Source: Dehalococcoidia bacterium | GTDB lineage: Bacteria > Chloroflexota > Dehalococcoidia > DSTF01 > JALHUB01 | DNA: 64,000 bases | Direction of reading: 5' to 3' | Assembly: GCA_050010555.1 (NCBI GenBank) | Contig: JBEKKV010000005.1 | Location: 4,695-68,694 of the forward strand | In this document: positions 1 through 9,942 of the stretch, piece by piece | How positions within the stretch are numbered: the first letter of the stretch is position 1 | Layout: each line of letters opens with the position of its first letter | The notes under the pieces: generated by a model | Seen by the model: only the letters and a program-made list of their open reading frames with translations | What the model was told of the DNA's origin: nothing | Database searches by the model: none | Translations under genes and position numbers: made by a program

Positions 1-1118
1 ACCGCCAGGTTGAAGAAGAAGGCGACGGACGCCAGACCGTACAGGGCCCGCCAGCGCGGCTCGGCGATAGCTATCGGCAGCATGAAGGCGAGGAACGGGT
101 ACAGGTATCGGTCATGCGTGGAGATTGGCAGCAGGTAGAAAGCAAACGAAAGGTAGGCCGCGGCTATCAGAGCGCCGCGCAAGTTGGGCCGAGCGTGGAG
201 GTAGAACAGCGCCAGGAAGCCGGCGAACGCCGTCAGCACGAGGCCAATCGTGCGATAGGTGATGAACGGGATGACGCCCTGGTCGGGATGGGGATGAAGC
301 GACACGTCGAAGAACCACCAGAGGTTCCAGGCAGACGCCGAAAGCCTGTCGTAATCGGCTTCGAACAGGCCGCGGTAGACGCGCAGGATATTCAGCAGGT
401 CGCCGTGCAGGAGCCAGGGGCCGAGGCCGACAAGCCAGACAGCCGCCACGGTGACCGCGCCGGACCGCAGCGCGCGGGGACTCTGTCGCCAGGCCAGGTA
501 GATCAGTAGCGGCAGGATGACTATCGGATGCGGCTTGATAAGAAAGCCGACGGCCCAGACGCCGAACCCAAGCTTGGTCTTGCCCCTCGCGACGAAGAAC
601 AGCGCCAGCAACATCGCCAGGGTGACGGCGGAATCCGTTTGCGACCAGACTGCTGAATCGTAGAGGACGGCCGGCTGCACGGCGATCACGGCCGCGGCGA
701 CGAGGGCGAGGACTTTGCTTCGAGGCAGGCGCAACTCCTCGAACAGGGCGCGGCTGACGGCGTAGACGGCGACGATCAGCCCAAGGTCGAAGAGAACGGG
801 CGGGGCTTTGACCAGAAGACGCAGCCGGAACGCGTTGTAGTCCCACGACCCGCCGATGATGCCGTTGATCCGCGCGAGAAGCCAGAGAACATAGTGGTAG
901 CCGACGTAGTCGGTATCAGTGGTACGAAAGATGTTGAGAAGGCCGTGCTGGTGGATGGCGACCATCCAGTTCTTCCAGAAGCCCTCGTCGTTGAAGCCCT
1001 TGTCCTGGTTGGCCCAGAGTGGTAGCAGCGGCAGGCGAATCGCAAGGGCGGCGACCAGCAGGGCGATGAGAGAGAGATGGTCGCGAATGGTTCGGCGCGC
1101 GTGGATCAGCAGCCTCAT
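1..1118 (-). CDS. Partial polytopic membrane glycosyltransferase (GT-C fold; DUF2029/GT87- or PMT/ArnT-like). N-terminus at 1118, C-terminus beyond the window edge
   Basis: Reverse-strand frame from ATG at 1118-1116 is open to position 1. Translation MRLLIHARRTIRDHLSLIALLVAALAIRLPLLPLWANQDKGFNDEGFWKNWMVAIHQHGLLNIF... is multi-TM with an acidic first-loop motif (NDEGFW), typical of lipid-carrier-dependent GT-C enzymes. Absent from the ORF track because it lacks a stop inside the window. Confidence 0.5.
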   Translation of the reverse strand, partial: MRLLIHARRTIRDHLSLIALLVAALAIRLPLLPLWANQDKGFNDEGFWKNWMVAIHQHGLLNIFRTTDTDYVGYHYVLWLLARINGIIGGSWDYNAFRLRLLVKAPPVLFDLGLIVAVYAVSRALFEELRLPRSKVLALVAAAVIAVQPAVLYDSAVWSQTDSAVTLAMLLALFFVARGKTKLGFGVWAVGFLIKPHPIVILPLLIYLAWRQSPRALRSGAVTVAAVWLVGLGPWLLHGDLLNILRVYRGLFEADYDRLSASAWNLWWFFDVSLHPHPDQGVIPFITYRTIGLVLTAFAGFLALFYLHARPNLRGALIAAAYLSFAFYLLPISTHDRYLYPFLAFMLPIAIAEPRWRALYGLASVAFFFNLA

Positions 1119-1172
1119 GCCGGCTTCCTCACAGGCTATGATAGCAGAGAAGGAGCGATCAGGAGCAGCGAA

Positions 1173-1721
1173 ATGTTTACAATCGGACATTCCACGCGCC
1201 CGATCGACGAGCTCGTCGATCTGCTGAAGGTGCACGGCGTGAAGCGGGTCGTGGACGTGCGGACGATCCCGCGTTCGCGCCACAATCCCCAGTTCGACAT
1301 CGAGGCGCTGCCTCAATCGCTTGAATCTGCCGGCATCGCCTACGAGCACATGCCGTCGTTGGGCGGGCTGCGCCACGCGCGAAAGGACTCGCCGAATGAT
1401 GGCTGGCGCAACGCGTCTTTCCGCGGCTTTGCCGACTACATGCTGACGGAGGATTTCGCCAACGCGCTCGAGCGCCTGATGGAGATGTCGCGACGGGAGC
1501 CGACGGCGATCATCTGCGCCGAAGCGCTGCCCTGGCGCTGCCATCGCTCTCTCATCAGCGACGCGCTGACGGCTCGCGGCGAGGTCGTAGAGCACATCAT
1601 CGGTCGCGGCGGCGCGCAGAGGCACCGCCTGACGCCCTGGGCCCGCGTCGAGGACGGCCACGTGACCTACCCGGCGCCACGCCAGGGAGGAGAAGGCATC
1701 GAAGACGGCGACGGCAGTTGA
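1173..1721 (+). CDS. DUF488 family protein
   Basis: MFTIGHSTRPIDELVDLLKVHGVKRVVDVRTIPRSRHNPQF matches the DUF488 N-terminal signature. ATG at 1173, AGGAG 7 nt upstream. Starts 55 nt after the divergent GT-C gene. Confidence 0.6.
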   Translation: MFTIGHSTRPIDELVDLLKVHGVKRVVDVRTIPRSRHNPQFDIEALPQSLESAGIAYEHMPSLGGLRHARKDSPNDGWRNASFRGFADYMLTEDFANALERLMEMSRREPTAIICAEALPWRCHRSLISDALTARGEVVEHIIGRGGAQRHRLTPWARVEDGHVTYPAPRQGGEGIEDGDGS

Positions 1722-1790
1722 AAAACCTCCGCGGCTGTGACATTCTGAAGAGAGAGGGCCGCATTGTCGGCCACCAAGGAAGGTAAGCTC

Positions 1791-2408
1791 ATGATGGAGA
1801 AAAGAAACGAACAGACAACGGTCGTAATGGGGCATGGTGATGAGACGGTCAACGTTCTCCTGAGCGGCGTCCACAGCCATGATTGGAAGGTCCGAGAGTC
1901 CTCACGAGAAGGGTTGGAGAGTCTTGGAGAGCTAGCGCTCTTCCCGCTCGTCGACCTGCTGAACGATCCAGACTGGCACGTCCGCTGGGAGGCCGCGAAG
2001 GCGCTGCAGAACATCCGCGATCCGAGGGCGGCGCCGGCGCTTGTCAAAGCTCTCAGAGATGGGCGCTTCGGCGTGCGCTGGCTGGCCTCGGAGGCGCTGG
2101 TAGCGCTAAAGGAAGGCGCTCTGGGCCCGCTGCTCGACGCGCTCGTTCACCAGGGCGACTCGCTCTGGCTAAGGAGAGGCGCCCACCGCGTGCTGCGGCA
2201 GTTGACGGATGAGATCCGTAGCCCGGGGGTCAGCGATGCCTTGAAGCCGGTGTTGACCGCGCTAGACAGCCTCGAACCCTCACTAACCGTGGGGTCCGCA
2301 GCGCAGGACGCTCTGGCGGAGTTGCAGCGGCGCGGCCTTATCGAACGAACTCACTGGCCCCAGGAGGAAGGCGCCGCCAGCGAGCCGCCAGCGACTCGCA
2401 GCCGGTAG
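1791..2408 (+). CDS. HEAT-repeat (PBS lyase-type) protein
   Basis: Repeated D-x-x-x-V-R-x-x-A-x-x-AL units (DWKVRESS, DWHVRWEAAKAL, RFGVRWLASEAL). AAGGAAGG RBS precedes ATG at 1791. Confidence 0.5.
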   Translation: MMEKRNEQTTVVMGHGDETVNVLLSGVHSHDWKVRESSREGLESLGELALFPLVDLLNDPDWHVRWEAAKALQNIRDPRAAPALVKALRDGRFGVRWLASEALVALKEGALGPLLDALVHQGDSLWLRRGAHRVLRQLTDEIRSPGVSDALKPVLTALDSLEPSLTVGSAAQDALAELQRRGLIERTHWPQEEGAASEPPATRSR

Positions 2409-3637
2409 AGGACCGTGAGCGCTACGCCGGTCGTCGAGAGGACGCCGAAGAGCACTACCGCCTGCTGAACGCCCAGCCTTTCCGCGACGTTGCCGAGGAG
2501 AAAGGCGCCCACCGGAGTCGTGCCAGCGAAGAGCAGCACGTAGAGACTCATAATCCTGCCCCTGAGGTGGCCCGGCGATAGAAGCTGCAGACGCGTGTTC
2601 GCCGAGGCCGTGAAGATGATGCCGGATACGCCCATCAGCATCAGCAGGATGAGCGTCACGGCGTACCAGTGCGACAGGCCGACAAGGATCAGCAGCACGC
2701 TGAACACGCCGCCGCCGATCAGGATCTGCCTCTCGTCGGAGCGCTTGGTGTAGGCGACCACCAGGGCCGCAACGAGCGACCCAACGCCCAGGACGGCGGT
2801 CATCGTACCAAAGCCGACGGAACCGGTGTGGAGGACGAACCGCGCCAGCAGCGGCAAGGCAGTGCTGAAGTTGTAGCCGAAGGTGCCGACGAACGCCATC
2901 AGTATGAGGATGAGCAGCACCGACGGCGTTCGGAAGGCGAAGTCCACCCCCTCGCGAAGCTGCGTAAGCATCCTTCCGCTCCCCTTTTCGACAGGAAAGA
3001 GCTCGGACGTCCGTATCATCAGCAGGGCAATAATCACGGGAATGAAGCTAGCAGCGTTGAGGTAGAACGTACCGGCGACGCCGAACAGAGCGATGGTGAC
3101 TCCACCTATCGCCGGACCGACGATGCGGGCAGCATTGAAGAGAGTACTGTTCAGCGGCACGGCGTTGGGCACGAGCTCTTTGCCGACCATCTCAGGCACA
3201 AACGCCTGGCGCGTCGGATTGTCGAAGGCGTTGGTGATGCCCAGCGCCGTTGCCAGCAGGTAGATGTGCCAGAGACGCACGGCGCCAGTGCTGACGAGCA
3301 GCGCCAGCACCAGCGCCTGCAGCATCGCCGCGCTCTGCGTGATGACGAGAAAGCGCCGCTTCGGCACGCGGTCGGCGAAGACGCCACCGAAGAGGACTAG
3401 CAGGGTTATCGGCAGGAACTGGAGCGTCGTGACGGTGCCGACGGCAAGCGGCGACTGCGTCAGGTTGAGCACGAGCCACGCCTGCCCCACGGTCTGCATC
3501 CACGTCCCGCACAGGGAAATGAGCTGGCCGAACCAGAAGAGCCGGAAGTTGCGGACGCTGAGGGCGACGAAGATGCCGCGCACGCTCCGCTCGGCGGGAG
3601 CGCCCCGGGGCGCGTGAGCGTTATCGTCAGATGCCAT
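2351..3637 (-). CDS. MFS transporter
   Basis: 428 aa, about 12 predicted TM segments, N-terminal FRLFWFGQLISLCGTWMQTVGQAWLV typical of MFS (EntS/DHA-like). Convergent 58-nt overlap with the HEAT gene. Confidence 0.7.
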   Translation of the reverse strand: MASDDNAHAPRGAPAERSVRGIFVALSVRNFRLFWFGQLISLCGTWMQTVGQAWLVLNLTQSPLAVGTVTTLQFLPITLLVLFGGVFADRVPKRRFLVITQSAAMLQALVLALLVSTGAVRLWHIYLLATALGITNAFDNPTRQAFVPEMVGKELVPNAVPLNSTLFNAARIVGPAIGGVTIALFGVAGTFYLNAASFIPVIIALLMIRTSELFPVEKGSGRMLTQLREGVDFAFRTPSVLLILILMAFVGTFGYNFSTALPLLARFVLHTGSVGFGTMTAVLGVGSLVAALVVAYTKRSDERQILIGGGVFSVLLILVGLSHWYAVTLILLMLMGVSGIIFTASANTRLQLLSPGHLRGRIMSLYVLLFAGTTPVGAFLLGNVAERLGVQQAVVLFGVLSTTGVALTVLYRLRVAGGSLAAPSSWGQ

Positions 3638-3856
3638 TCGAATCCTTCCGGTAGCAGGCAGCCGCGGGCCGACGCTAGAAAAAAGGCTACCCCCGCAATT
3701 GCGAGGGTAGCTGAAATTCGAAAGAGCCGCCAGTGTCAGCGCGCGGGCACTTTCACCGCCCGGGGCGCTTCAGTAGCCGATGCGCGATGCGCACTTCGAA
3801 CACGCGATGAAATGAAACAGCGCGGAGGTGGTCGATGAGCTGGAGCGAAAGAAGGG

Positions 3857-5086
3857 CTAGATGTACGGCGGGGGCGACAGGTCCCGGTTCATGCGCAGGT
3901 GCTGCAGATGAATGACCGTCAGCACCATGGCAACGCCGAGCAGTATGGCCGCGAACTTGAACGGCGCTTCCGGCCCATATGCCTCGCTCACGCGTCCGCC
4001 GGCGGCCTGACCGACAGCGGCGCCCAGTCCTTGCACGGCGGCCAGCGATCCGAGGAGGACGCCGCGTGTCTGGACCTGCGTCGCGTCAAGAGCGGCGGCG
4101 CACCAGGCGGGCACGCTGATGGCGTAGGCAAGGCCTGCCAGCACCGCGAGGTTGACGACGATGAACGGGCTTCGTGTCAGCGTGAGGGCGAACAGGCAGA
4201 GCGCGGTCACACCCAGCCCAACGATAAGCGGCAACTGCCTCCCAAAGCGGTCAGCCAGGCGCGAGAAGCGGAAGGCGATGACAGCCGCGACCGCCGCCGG
4301 CGCAATCAGAAGCAGCGCCATCTGGTGCATCTGGACGTGCAGCACCTGCGTCAGGTAAGTGCCGATGGCCGGCGTTTGCACGGCGATACCCAGGCTGAGG
4401 AAAAGGATGATGGCGGCCAGCATCAAGATGCCGGGCTTCATGATCGAGCGGAAGGCGCTGATCTGCAACGCCTCGGTCTTCTTCCGGGCGATGGCCACGA
4501 TCGGCGCGTGGTCCGGCCGCATGGCAACCACCAGCGCCAGACCATTCAGCGCCAGACAAGCGATGAAGACGGCCGTGTAGGAGACGAAGTCGCCGAGGAC
4601 GACGCCGATCATGGCGCCGACGCCAAGGCCGAGCATCTGCGCCAGGTTTAGATAGTGCATGACCTGCCCACGCTTCGCCGGCTCGTTGGTGTCACCGACG
4701 TGGGCCATGAAGGCAGGCCACATAGTCGCGGCGGCAAGACCGTAAAGGCCGGAGAAGGCCAGGAAGAGCGTGCCGCTGGGGAAGAGCATCATCGCAGCGA
4801 GCACCGGTATGCCAACGGCTATCCCGACGGCGAGGACAAGTCGCCTCCCGACCCTGTCGGCGATCCAGCCGGCGGGCATCTGCCAGAGGAAGCGCGCCAG
4901 GCTGTAGGAAGCGAGCGCATAGCCCGGGAAGGCGTTCGATGTGTTCAGGTGCTGTGGCAGGTATGCTTGGACGAGCGTCAGCATGAAGATGCCCAGAGAC
5001 GCCTGCCAGAGAAAAACGGTGGCCGCCAGCTCGATCAGCCGACGGCGATGGGTCCCCGCAGCATAAGAGGGGAAGCTAATTCTCAT
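3857..5086 (-). CDS. MFS transporter
   Basis: 409 aa polytopic; MFS loop motif GWIADRVGRR between TM2 and TM3. Confidence 0.7.
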   Translation of the reverse strand: MRISFPSYAAGTHRRRLIELAATVFLWQASLGIFMLTLVQAYLPQHLNTSNAFPGYALASYSLARFLWQMPAGWIADRVGRRLVLAVGIAVGIPVLAAMMLFPSGTLFLAFSGLYGLAAATMWPAFMAHVGDTNEPAKRGQVMHYLNLAQMLGLGVGAMIGVVLGDFVSYTAVFIACLALNGLALVVAMRPDHAPIVAIARKKTEALQISAFRSIMKPGILMLAAIILFLSLGIAVQTPAIGTYLTQVLHVQMHQMALLLIAPAAVAAVIAFRFSRLADRFGRQLPLIVGLGVTALCLFALTLTRSPFIVVNLAVLAGLAYAISVPAWCAAALDATQVQTRGVLLGSLAAVQGLGAAVGQAAGGRVSEAYGPEAPFKFAAILLGVAMVLTVIHLQHLRMNRDLSPPPYI

Positions 5087-5418
5087 CTGGAGTTACTCAC
5101 CGCTTGTCGCATCGACCCATCCACTATAGCATCGGTCAATCGGCCGCTTGCCGAGAGGTGGAAAAAGCCGGCATCATAAGCGGCTGTCTCTTGTTTCACC
5201 AGGAAGTCCACCACCCAATCACTTCCCCCATCGTCGTCAGTATCAGCGGGAACGCAATGAGGAGTCGCGAGGAGCGCTATTTGCTTGTTGCAATCTATTG
5301 TACGCGTCTCGCGGCGCAATGCAAGTCGCCAGCGACCTCCGCTAGCTTCGGCGACAGTCATGACCGACGACATTTAACACAATATGCATCGCCATGAGTG
5401 CCGACGCTGCGGGGGCGG

Positions 5419-8238
5419 TCAGGCCGCGAGAGAGAGATCGTCCGAAGTCTTCTTAGCCCGCCCCTTGACGATCCTGTCTATCTCGCCGCTGGCGATGGCG
5501 CGCATGAACGCGTCCACGACGGCCGGTGAGTACTTCTTGCCCCTGTTCTTGGTTATCTCCGACATCGCTCGAACCGGCGGCCACGCCGCCTTGTATGGTC
5601 TTCTCGATGTCATAGCGTCGAAGCCGTCAGCCACGGAAACGATCGCGGAACACAGGGGTATCATGTCACCGTGGAGGCCGTACGGATAGCCTGTCCCGTC
5701 CCAGTTTTCGTGATGCCAGCGGGCGATCTGACGGGCCTTCTTGAACCATGGGTCGGGCGGAAGCAGTTCCTCACCCCATCCCGGGTGCTTCCTCATGATC
5801 TCCCACTCGTCCTCCGAGAGGGACCCGGGCTTTGTGAGGATGGAGTCGGGGACGCGTATCTTGCCGAGGTCGTGGAGGAGAGCGGCCAGACCGATCTCTT
5901 CAGCCTCCTCGGGGTTAAGGCCGATCTCAAGCGCTATCGCCTCCGAGTAGTGTCTAATCCTCTGCAGGTGGTTTTCAGTGTAAGGGTCGCGGGCCTCGGC
6001 GGCCGTCGCCAGCAGGAAGACTATGCTTTCATAGGCGTGGCGTTCTTCGGCTGCGGCCCGCTGGCGCCCGACGAAGGAGGAGATGCTCTCTGCGGCGAGT
6101 CGCAGCAGTTTGACATCCTCTTCTCGCCAGGCGCAAGTGCGGTGAATCGTATCGATACCGATGGAGCCGATGACTCGCCCGCGGGAGGTCAGCGATACTA
6201 GCACAAGTGAGTGAACGCCCATTGACTGCCAGATGCTCTTCTCCGCCGCTGCTTCGGGTGGGAGCGTCTCTATATCGTTAACGATGATGGGTTCTGCCTG
6301 CAGTGCCTTCCGCGTAGACCACGGGAAGGCAACAGAGTCGAAGTCGTACACGTCGCTGGCCTCTTCCGCTTCGGGCGCACACCAGCGTGCCACGCAGTGC
6401 ATTTTGGTCTTGCCTTCCAGCATGAAGACGTGGGCCCGTTCGGCGCCGAAAGCTTCGCCCAATACGCGCAGGACGAGATTGAACACCGTGTCGGTGTCAT
6501 CGGAGGCTGCCAGAAGGTTGGAGGCCTGGGCGATCGCGGACTCTATCCTGAGCCTGCCCGCCATCTCCTCCTCTGCGCGCTTCCGTTCGGTAATGTCCTC
6601 GATGGTACCAACGTAGCTGGTGACGATGTCCCCCGGCGAACGAATCGAAATGATCGTCGTATGCACCCAGCGCACCTCGCCGGTCTTGGTCAGTATGCGG
6701 TACTCCATGGAGAACTTGCGCCTCTCGGCTCGCGCCGCAGCCCCCTCGGCGTTCACTGCTTCGCGGTCGTCGGGGTGAATGTACTTGGTCCACACGCGCC
6801 CGACACCATCTTCAGAGGTCCCGCCGATCAGCACCACTGCGTTTTCGTTGGAGTAAATGCCGTTGCCCCACGCGTCGGAGAGAAAGATCCCGATGGGCAC
6901 GGAGGCGCTCAACGTGCGGAGGCGCTCCTCGCTCTCACGCAGCGCCACGTCCGCCTGTTTCCACTGAGTGATGTCGCGGACAGTGCCCACCACAGCGAGC
7001 AACTTTCCGTCCTCGTCGCGAACGAAGGCGCGGTCATCGCTGAGCCAGCGGTACTCTCCGTTCTTGCATTTCCACCGGTACTCGATTCCCAAAGCTTTGC
7101 GGTCTGCCGCTGCATCGCCATTTGCCTGGCGCCCGAATGACCCGAATCTTTGTCTGTCTTCCGGGTGGAACCTGTTCCTTACCTCGTCGACCCCCATTGC
7201 AATGATTTCGGCGGGCGCGAACCCCAACAGCTCAGTGCATGAAGGGCTTATGTAGTCGTAAGTGCGGGTTCCGAGATTCAGCTTGTAGATGAGATCGCGC
7301 GACACGTCTAGGACATCGCGAAAGCGGGCCTCGGATTCTATGAGCTGCGCAGATCCCCGCACAAGTGTCTCTGTCATTTCGTTCAGATCGCGCCCAAGGG
7401 AAGCGGTCTCTTCGAAGCCCGAAACCTTCGACCTTGCTTCCCAGTTGCCGGACATAACTGCGCGGGCATTCGCTTTCAGCGAAGCGAGCGGGCGCACGAG
7501 CGCGACGGTGAAGGCGATAAGGGCTGCAAACCCCACCAGAAAAGTTGCTATGCCGAGCCCTATCAGCAGCCACATCGTGGTGTCTGAAGAGCGGTCCGCC
7601 GCCGCTCGCACGTTCGCCGCCTTGGCCTGCTGCGCTCGCGCAAGTTGATCAACCTGGCTAAGGATCTGTTCGAAGCCGGGCCAGAGGATCGGCTCGTACT
7701 GGGAGGCCATCTGGACGATGGTTTCCGGTGCGGCGTCGCTTCCCTGGAAGAGGTAGATGGCTGTGTCTGTCTTCTGCTGCAGATCCTCCACGGATGCGGC
7801 GAGCTGATCAAGCGTTGCAATATCATCGGTTTCACCGAGAGCGGCCATCTCGGCGCGAGCCTCAGAAAGCCTGTTCCCCGGGACGGGCCGGTTTTGGGTG
7901 TACTTGTCGAGGAGCGAAGGGCGTTGTTCTGTGTCCGCAAACGCTGTCGTTGCAAGGAGGGTCGTATTGAGGAAGAACTCAGCGCGGGCATCATCCAGCG
8001 CGGCGACTACGTTGGCCCTGTCCTCCAACGAGCTCCGTACGGCCTGGTCGCTCTGGGCGCGCCAAGCCGCGACCGCGGCGGTAGCGCACAAAAGCACGAC
8101 CAGAGCCACGCTCGCCGCAACCGTGAGGCCTCGGGCCGATTTCAGTCTGGACACCGCGGCACCACTCGACGCGCTACGGCACGTCCACTCTTTGCCAGGA
8201 TGATGGTCTAGCCTCCAACCTTCATCGTGCGCCCGCAA
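5419..8238 (-). CDS. Multi-sensor HD-GYP c-di-GMP phosphodiesterase (TM-HAMP-PAS-PAS-GAF-HD-GYP)
   Basis: 939 aa. N-terminal TM/HAMP, PAS-like blocks, a GAF-like block, and a C-terminal HD domain with LHDLGK ... HHENWDGTGYP, the diagnostic HD-GYP signature. Confidence 0.75.
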   Translation of the reverse strand: MRAHDEGWRLDHHPGKEWTCRSASSGAAVSRLKSARGLTVAASVALVVLLCATAAVAAWRAQSDQAVRSSLEDRANVVAALDDARAEFFLNTTLLATTAFADTEQRPSLLDKYTQNRPVPGNRLSEARAEMAALGETDDIATLDQLAASVEDLQQKTDTAIYLFQGSDAAPETIVQMASQYEPILWPGFEQILSQVDQLARAQQAKAANVRAAADRSSDTTMWLLIGLGIATFLVGFAALIAFTVALVRPLASLKANARAVMSGNWEARSKVSGFEETASLGRDLNEMTETLVRGSAQLIESEARFRDVLDVSRDLIYKLNLGTRTYDYISPSCTELLGFAPAEIIAMGVDEVRNRFHPEDRQRFGSFGRQANGDAAADRKALGIEYRWKCKNGEYRWLSDDRAFVRDEDGKLLAVVGTVRDITQWKQADVALRESEERLRTLSASVPIGIFLSDAWGNGIYSNENAVVLIGGTSEDGVGRVWTKYIHPDDREAVNAEGAAARAERRKFSMEYRILTKTGEVRWVHTTIISIRSPGDIVTSYVGTIEDITERKRAEEEMAGRLRIESAIAQASNLLAASDDTDTVFNLVLRVLGEAFGAERAHVFMLEGKTKMHCVARWCAPEAEEASDVYDFDSVAFPWSTRKALQAEPIIVNDIETLPPEAAAEKSIWQSMGVHSLVLVSLTSRGRVIGSIGIDTIHRTCAWREEDVKLLRLAAESISSFVGRQRAAAEERHAYESIVFLLATAAEARDPYTENHLQRIRHYSEAIALEIGLNPEEAEEIGLAALLHDLGKIRVPDSILTKPGSLSEDEWEIMRKHPGWGEELLPPDPWFKKARQIARWHHENWDGTGYPYGLHGDMIPLCSAIVSVADGFDAMTSRRPYKAAWPPVRAMSEITKNRGKKYSPAVVDAFMRAIASGEIDRIVKGRAKKTSDDLSLAA

Positions 8239-8392
8239 AGGGCACGTCGGCAGTAGGTCCCAAATAATGATCGGATAGGTCGGGGCGATCAGCAGGGCGT
8301 GGCACTCTACCTCTCGATGGCCCTTCGGAATCGCTGCTGGTAGAATTGAGGTAGAGTAACGTCCCCCTTAGAAACGAGAAGGAAGGTGCGCC

Positions 8393-9841
8393 ATGGCGCT
8401 CAAGACCGGCGAAGAATACGTCGAATCCCTGAAGAAGCTGAACCTGAAGGCGCAGGTGTTCGGCAAGGAGACCGGCGACCTGACGGAGAACCCGCTTGTC
8501 GCGCCCTCAATGCGCGCCGTCGCCGCTACGTTCGACTGCGCCTACGATGAGTCGAGCCGCGAGCTCTTCCGCGTCCGCTCGTCGCTGACCGGCGGGGAGG
8601 TGAACCGCTTCACGCACCTCCACCAGAGCACGCAGGACCTGATGAACAAGGTGATTATGCAGCGGCACTGCGGCAACGTAACCTCCTGCTGCTTCCAGCG
8701 CTGCGTCGGATTGGACGCCGCCAACGCCGTCTTCAGCGTCACTTACGAGTGCGACCAGGCGCACGGCACCGACTACCACCGCCGCTTCCGCGACTACTGG
8801 GCGCAGATTCAATCGGAAGACCTGGTCGTCGACGGGGCGATGACGGACCCGAAGGGCGACCGCGGCAAGCGTCCGGCGCAGCAGAGCGACCCGGACCTCT
8901 ACCTGCGTGTCGTCGACCGCCGGAGCGACGGCATCGTCGTGCGCGGCGCCAAGCTGCACCAGACGGGCATGCTGAACTCGCACGAGATCATCGTCATGCC
9001 CACGATCGCCATGCGCCCCGGCGAGGAGGACTGGGCGGTCTGCTTCGCCGTGCCGACGAACACGCCGGGCATTCGCTACATCTACGGCCGCCAGGCCAGC
9101 GACACGCGCAAGCTGGAACGGCTGAAGCTGGACGTCGGCAACGTGCGCTTCGGCGGCCAGGAGGTGATGACGGTGTTCGAGGACGTGTTCGTGCCGAACG
9201 AGCGCGTCTTCATGGACGGCGAGGTCGACCAGTCGGGCAAGCTGGTGGAGCGTTTCGCCGCCTATCACCGGCAGAGCTACGGCGGCTGCAAGGTGGGCGT
9301 CGGCGACGTGCTCATCGGCGCGTCCGCCCTCATCGCCCGCATGAACGGCGCCGAGAACGCCAGCCACATCCGCGAGAAGCTGGTCGACATGATCCACCTG
9401 AACGAGACGATGTTCGCCGCCGGGATCGCCTGCTCGGCGCTCGGCCATCAGACGGAGGCGGGCAACTACGAGATCGACATGCTGCTGGCGAACGTCTGCA
9501 AGCTGAACGTCACGCGCTTCCCGTTCGAGATCGCGCGCAACGCCATCGACATCGCCGGCGGGCTGCTGGGCACGATGCCGTCGGCGGAGGACCTGGACGA
9601 CCCGACGACCGGCCCGTATGTGCGCAAGTACCTGGCGGCTTCGGACGCGTATGACGTGACGGACCGGATCAAGGTGATGCGCTTCATCGAGAACCTGGTC
9701 TCCGGGGCGGGCGCCGTCGCCTACCTCATCGAGTCGATGCACGGGGCGGGCCCGCCGGCGGCGCAGCGGATAATGATCGGCCGTCAGGGCGACATCGAGG
9801 GGAAGATCGAGAAGGCGAAGCGCGTCATCGGCATCTCCTAG
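8393..9841 (+). CDS. abfD: 4-hydroxybutyryl-CoA dehydratase / vinylacetyl-CoA isomerase-like (HpaB/AbfD family)
   Basis: 482 aa. The N-terminus aligns with Clostridium AbfD (..TGEEYVESLKKLN.. versus ..TAEQYIESLRKLN..). Cys-x3-Cys at 100-104 (CFQRC) and H-x6-C (HRQSYGGC) reproduce the AbfD [4Fe-4S] ligands (C99/C103/H292/C299). Strong RBS GAGAAGGAAGG. Confidence 0.55.
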   Translation: MALKTGEEYVESLKKLNLKAQVFGKETGDLTENPLVAPSMRAVAATFDCAYDESSRELFRVRSSLTGGEVNRFTHLHQSTQDLMNKVIMQRHCGNVTSCCFQRCVGLDAANAVFSVTYECDQAHGTDYHRRFRDYWAQIQSEDLVVDGAMTDPKGDRGKRPAQQSDPDLYLRVVDRRSDGIVVRGAKLHQTGMLNSHEIIVMPTIAMRPGEEDWAVCFAVPTNTPGIRYIYGRQASDTRKLERLKLDVGNVRFGGQEVMTVFEDVFVPNERVFMDGEVDQSGKLVERFAAYHRQSYGGCKVGVGDVLIGASALIARMNGAENASHIREKLVDMIHLNETMFAAGIACSALGHQTEAGNYEIDMLLANVCKLNVTRFPFEIARNAIDIAGGLLGTMPSAEDLDDPTTGPYVRKYLAASDAYDVTDRIKVMRFIENLVSGAGAVAYLIESMHGAGPPAAQRIMIGRQGDIEGKIEKAKRVIGIS

Positions 9842-9942
9842 TTGCGGACTGACAGTCCCTCTCGCAAACCGTTCGCGTTCGCGCTATAATCCCCGCGTAA
9901 GTCTCAATCGCTTTCTGCTCCCCGCGACAAGGAGGTGCTGCT

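Noticed and set aside
5083-5373. 96-aa minus-strand ORF that exactly fills the gap between the HD-GYP and MFS genes and overlaps the MFS start in ATGA
   Set aside because: Third-position GC is only about 57%, against roughly 85-90% in genuine genes here. The region is AT-richer like a promoter or terminator spacer. No domain similarity. Probably a chance ORF in the intergenic region, which more likely holds the MFS promoter.
8507-9742. 411-aa minus-strand ORF and the 8749..9654 plus-strand alternative frame
   Set aside because: Shadow ORFs across the AbfD-like gene. The AbfD frame has motif-level support.
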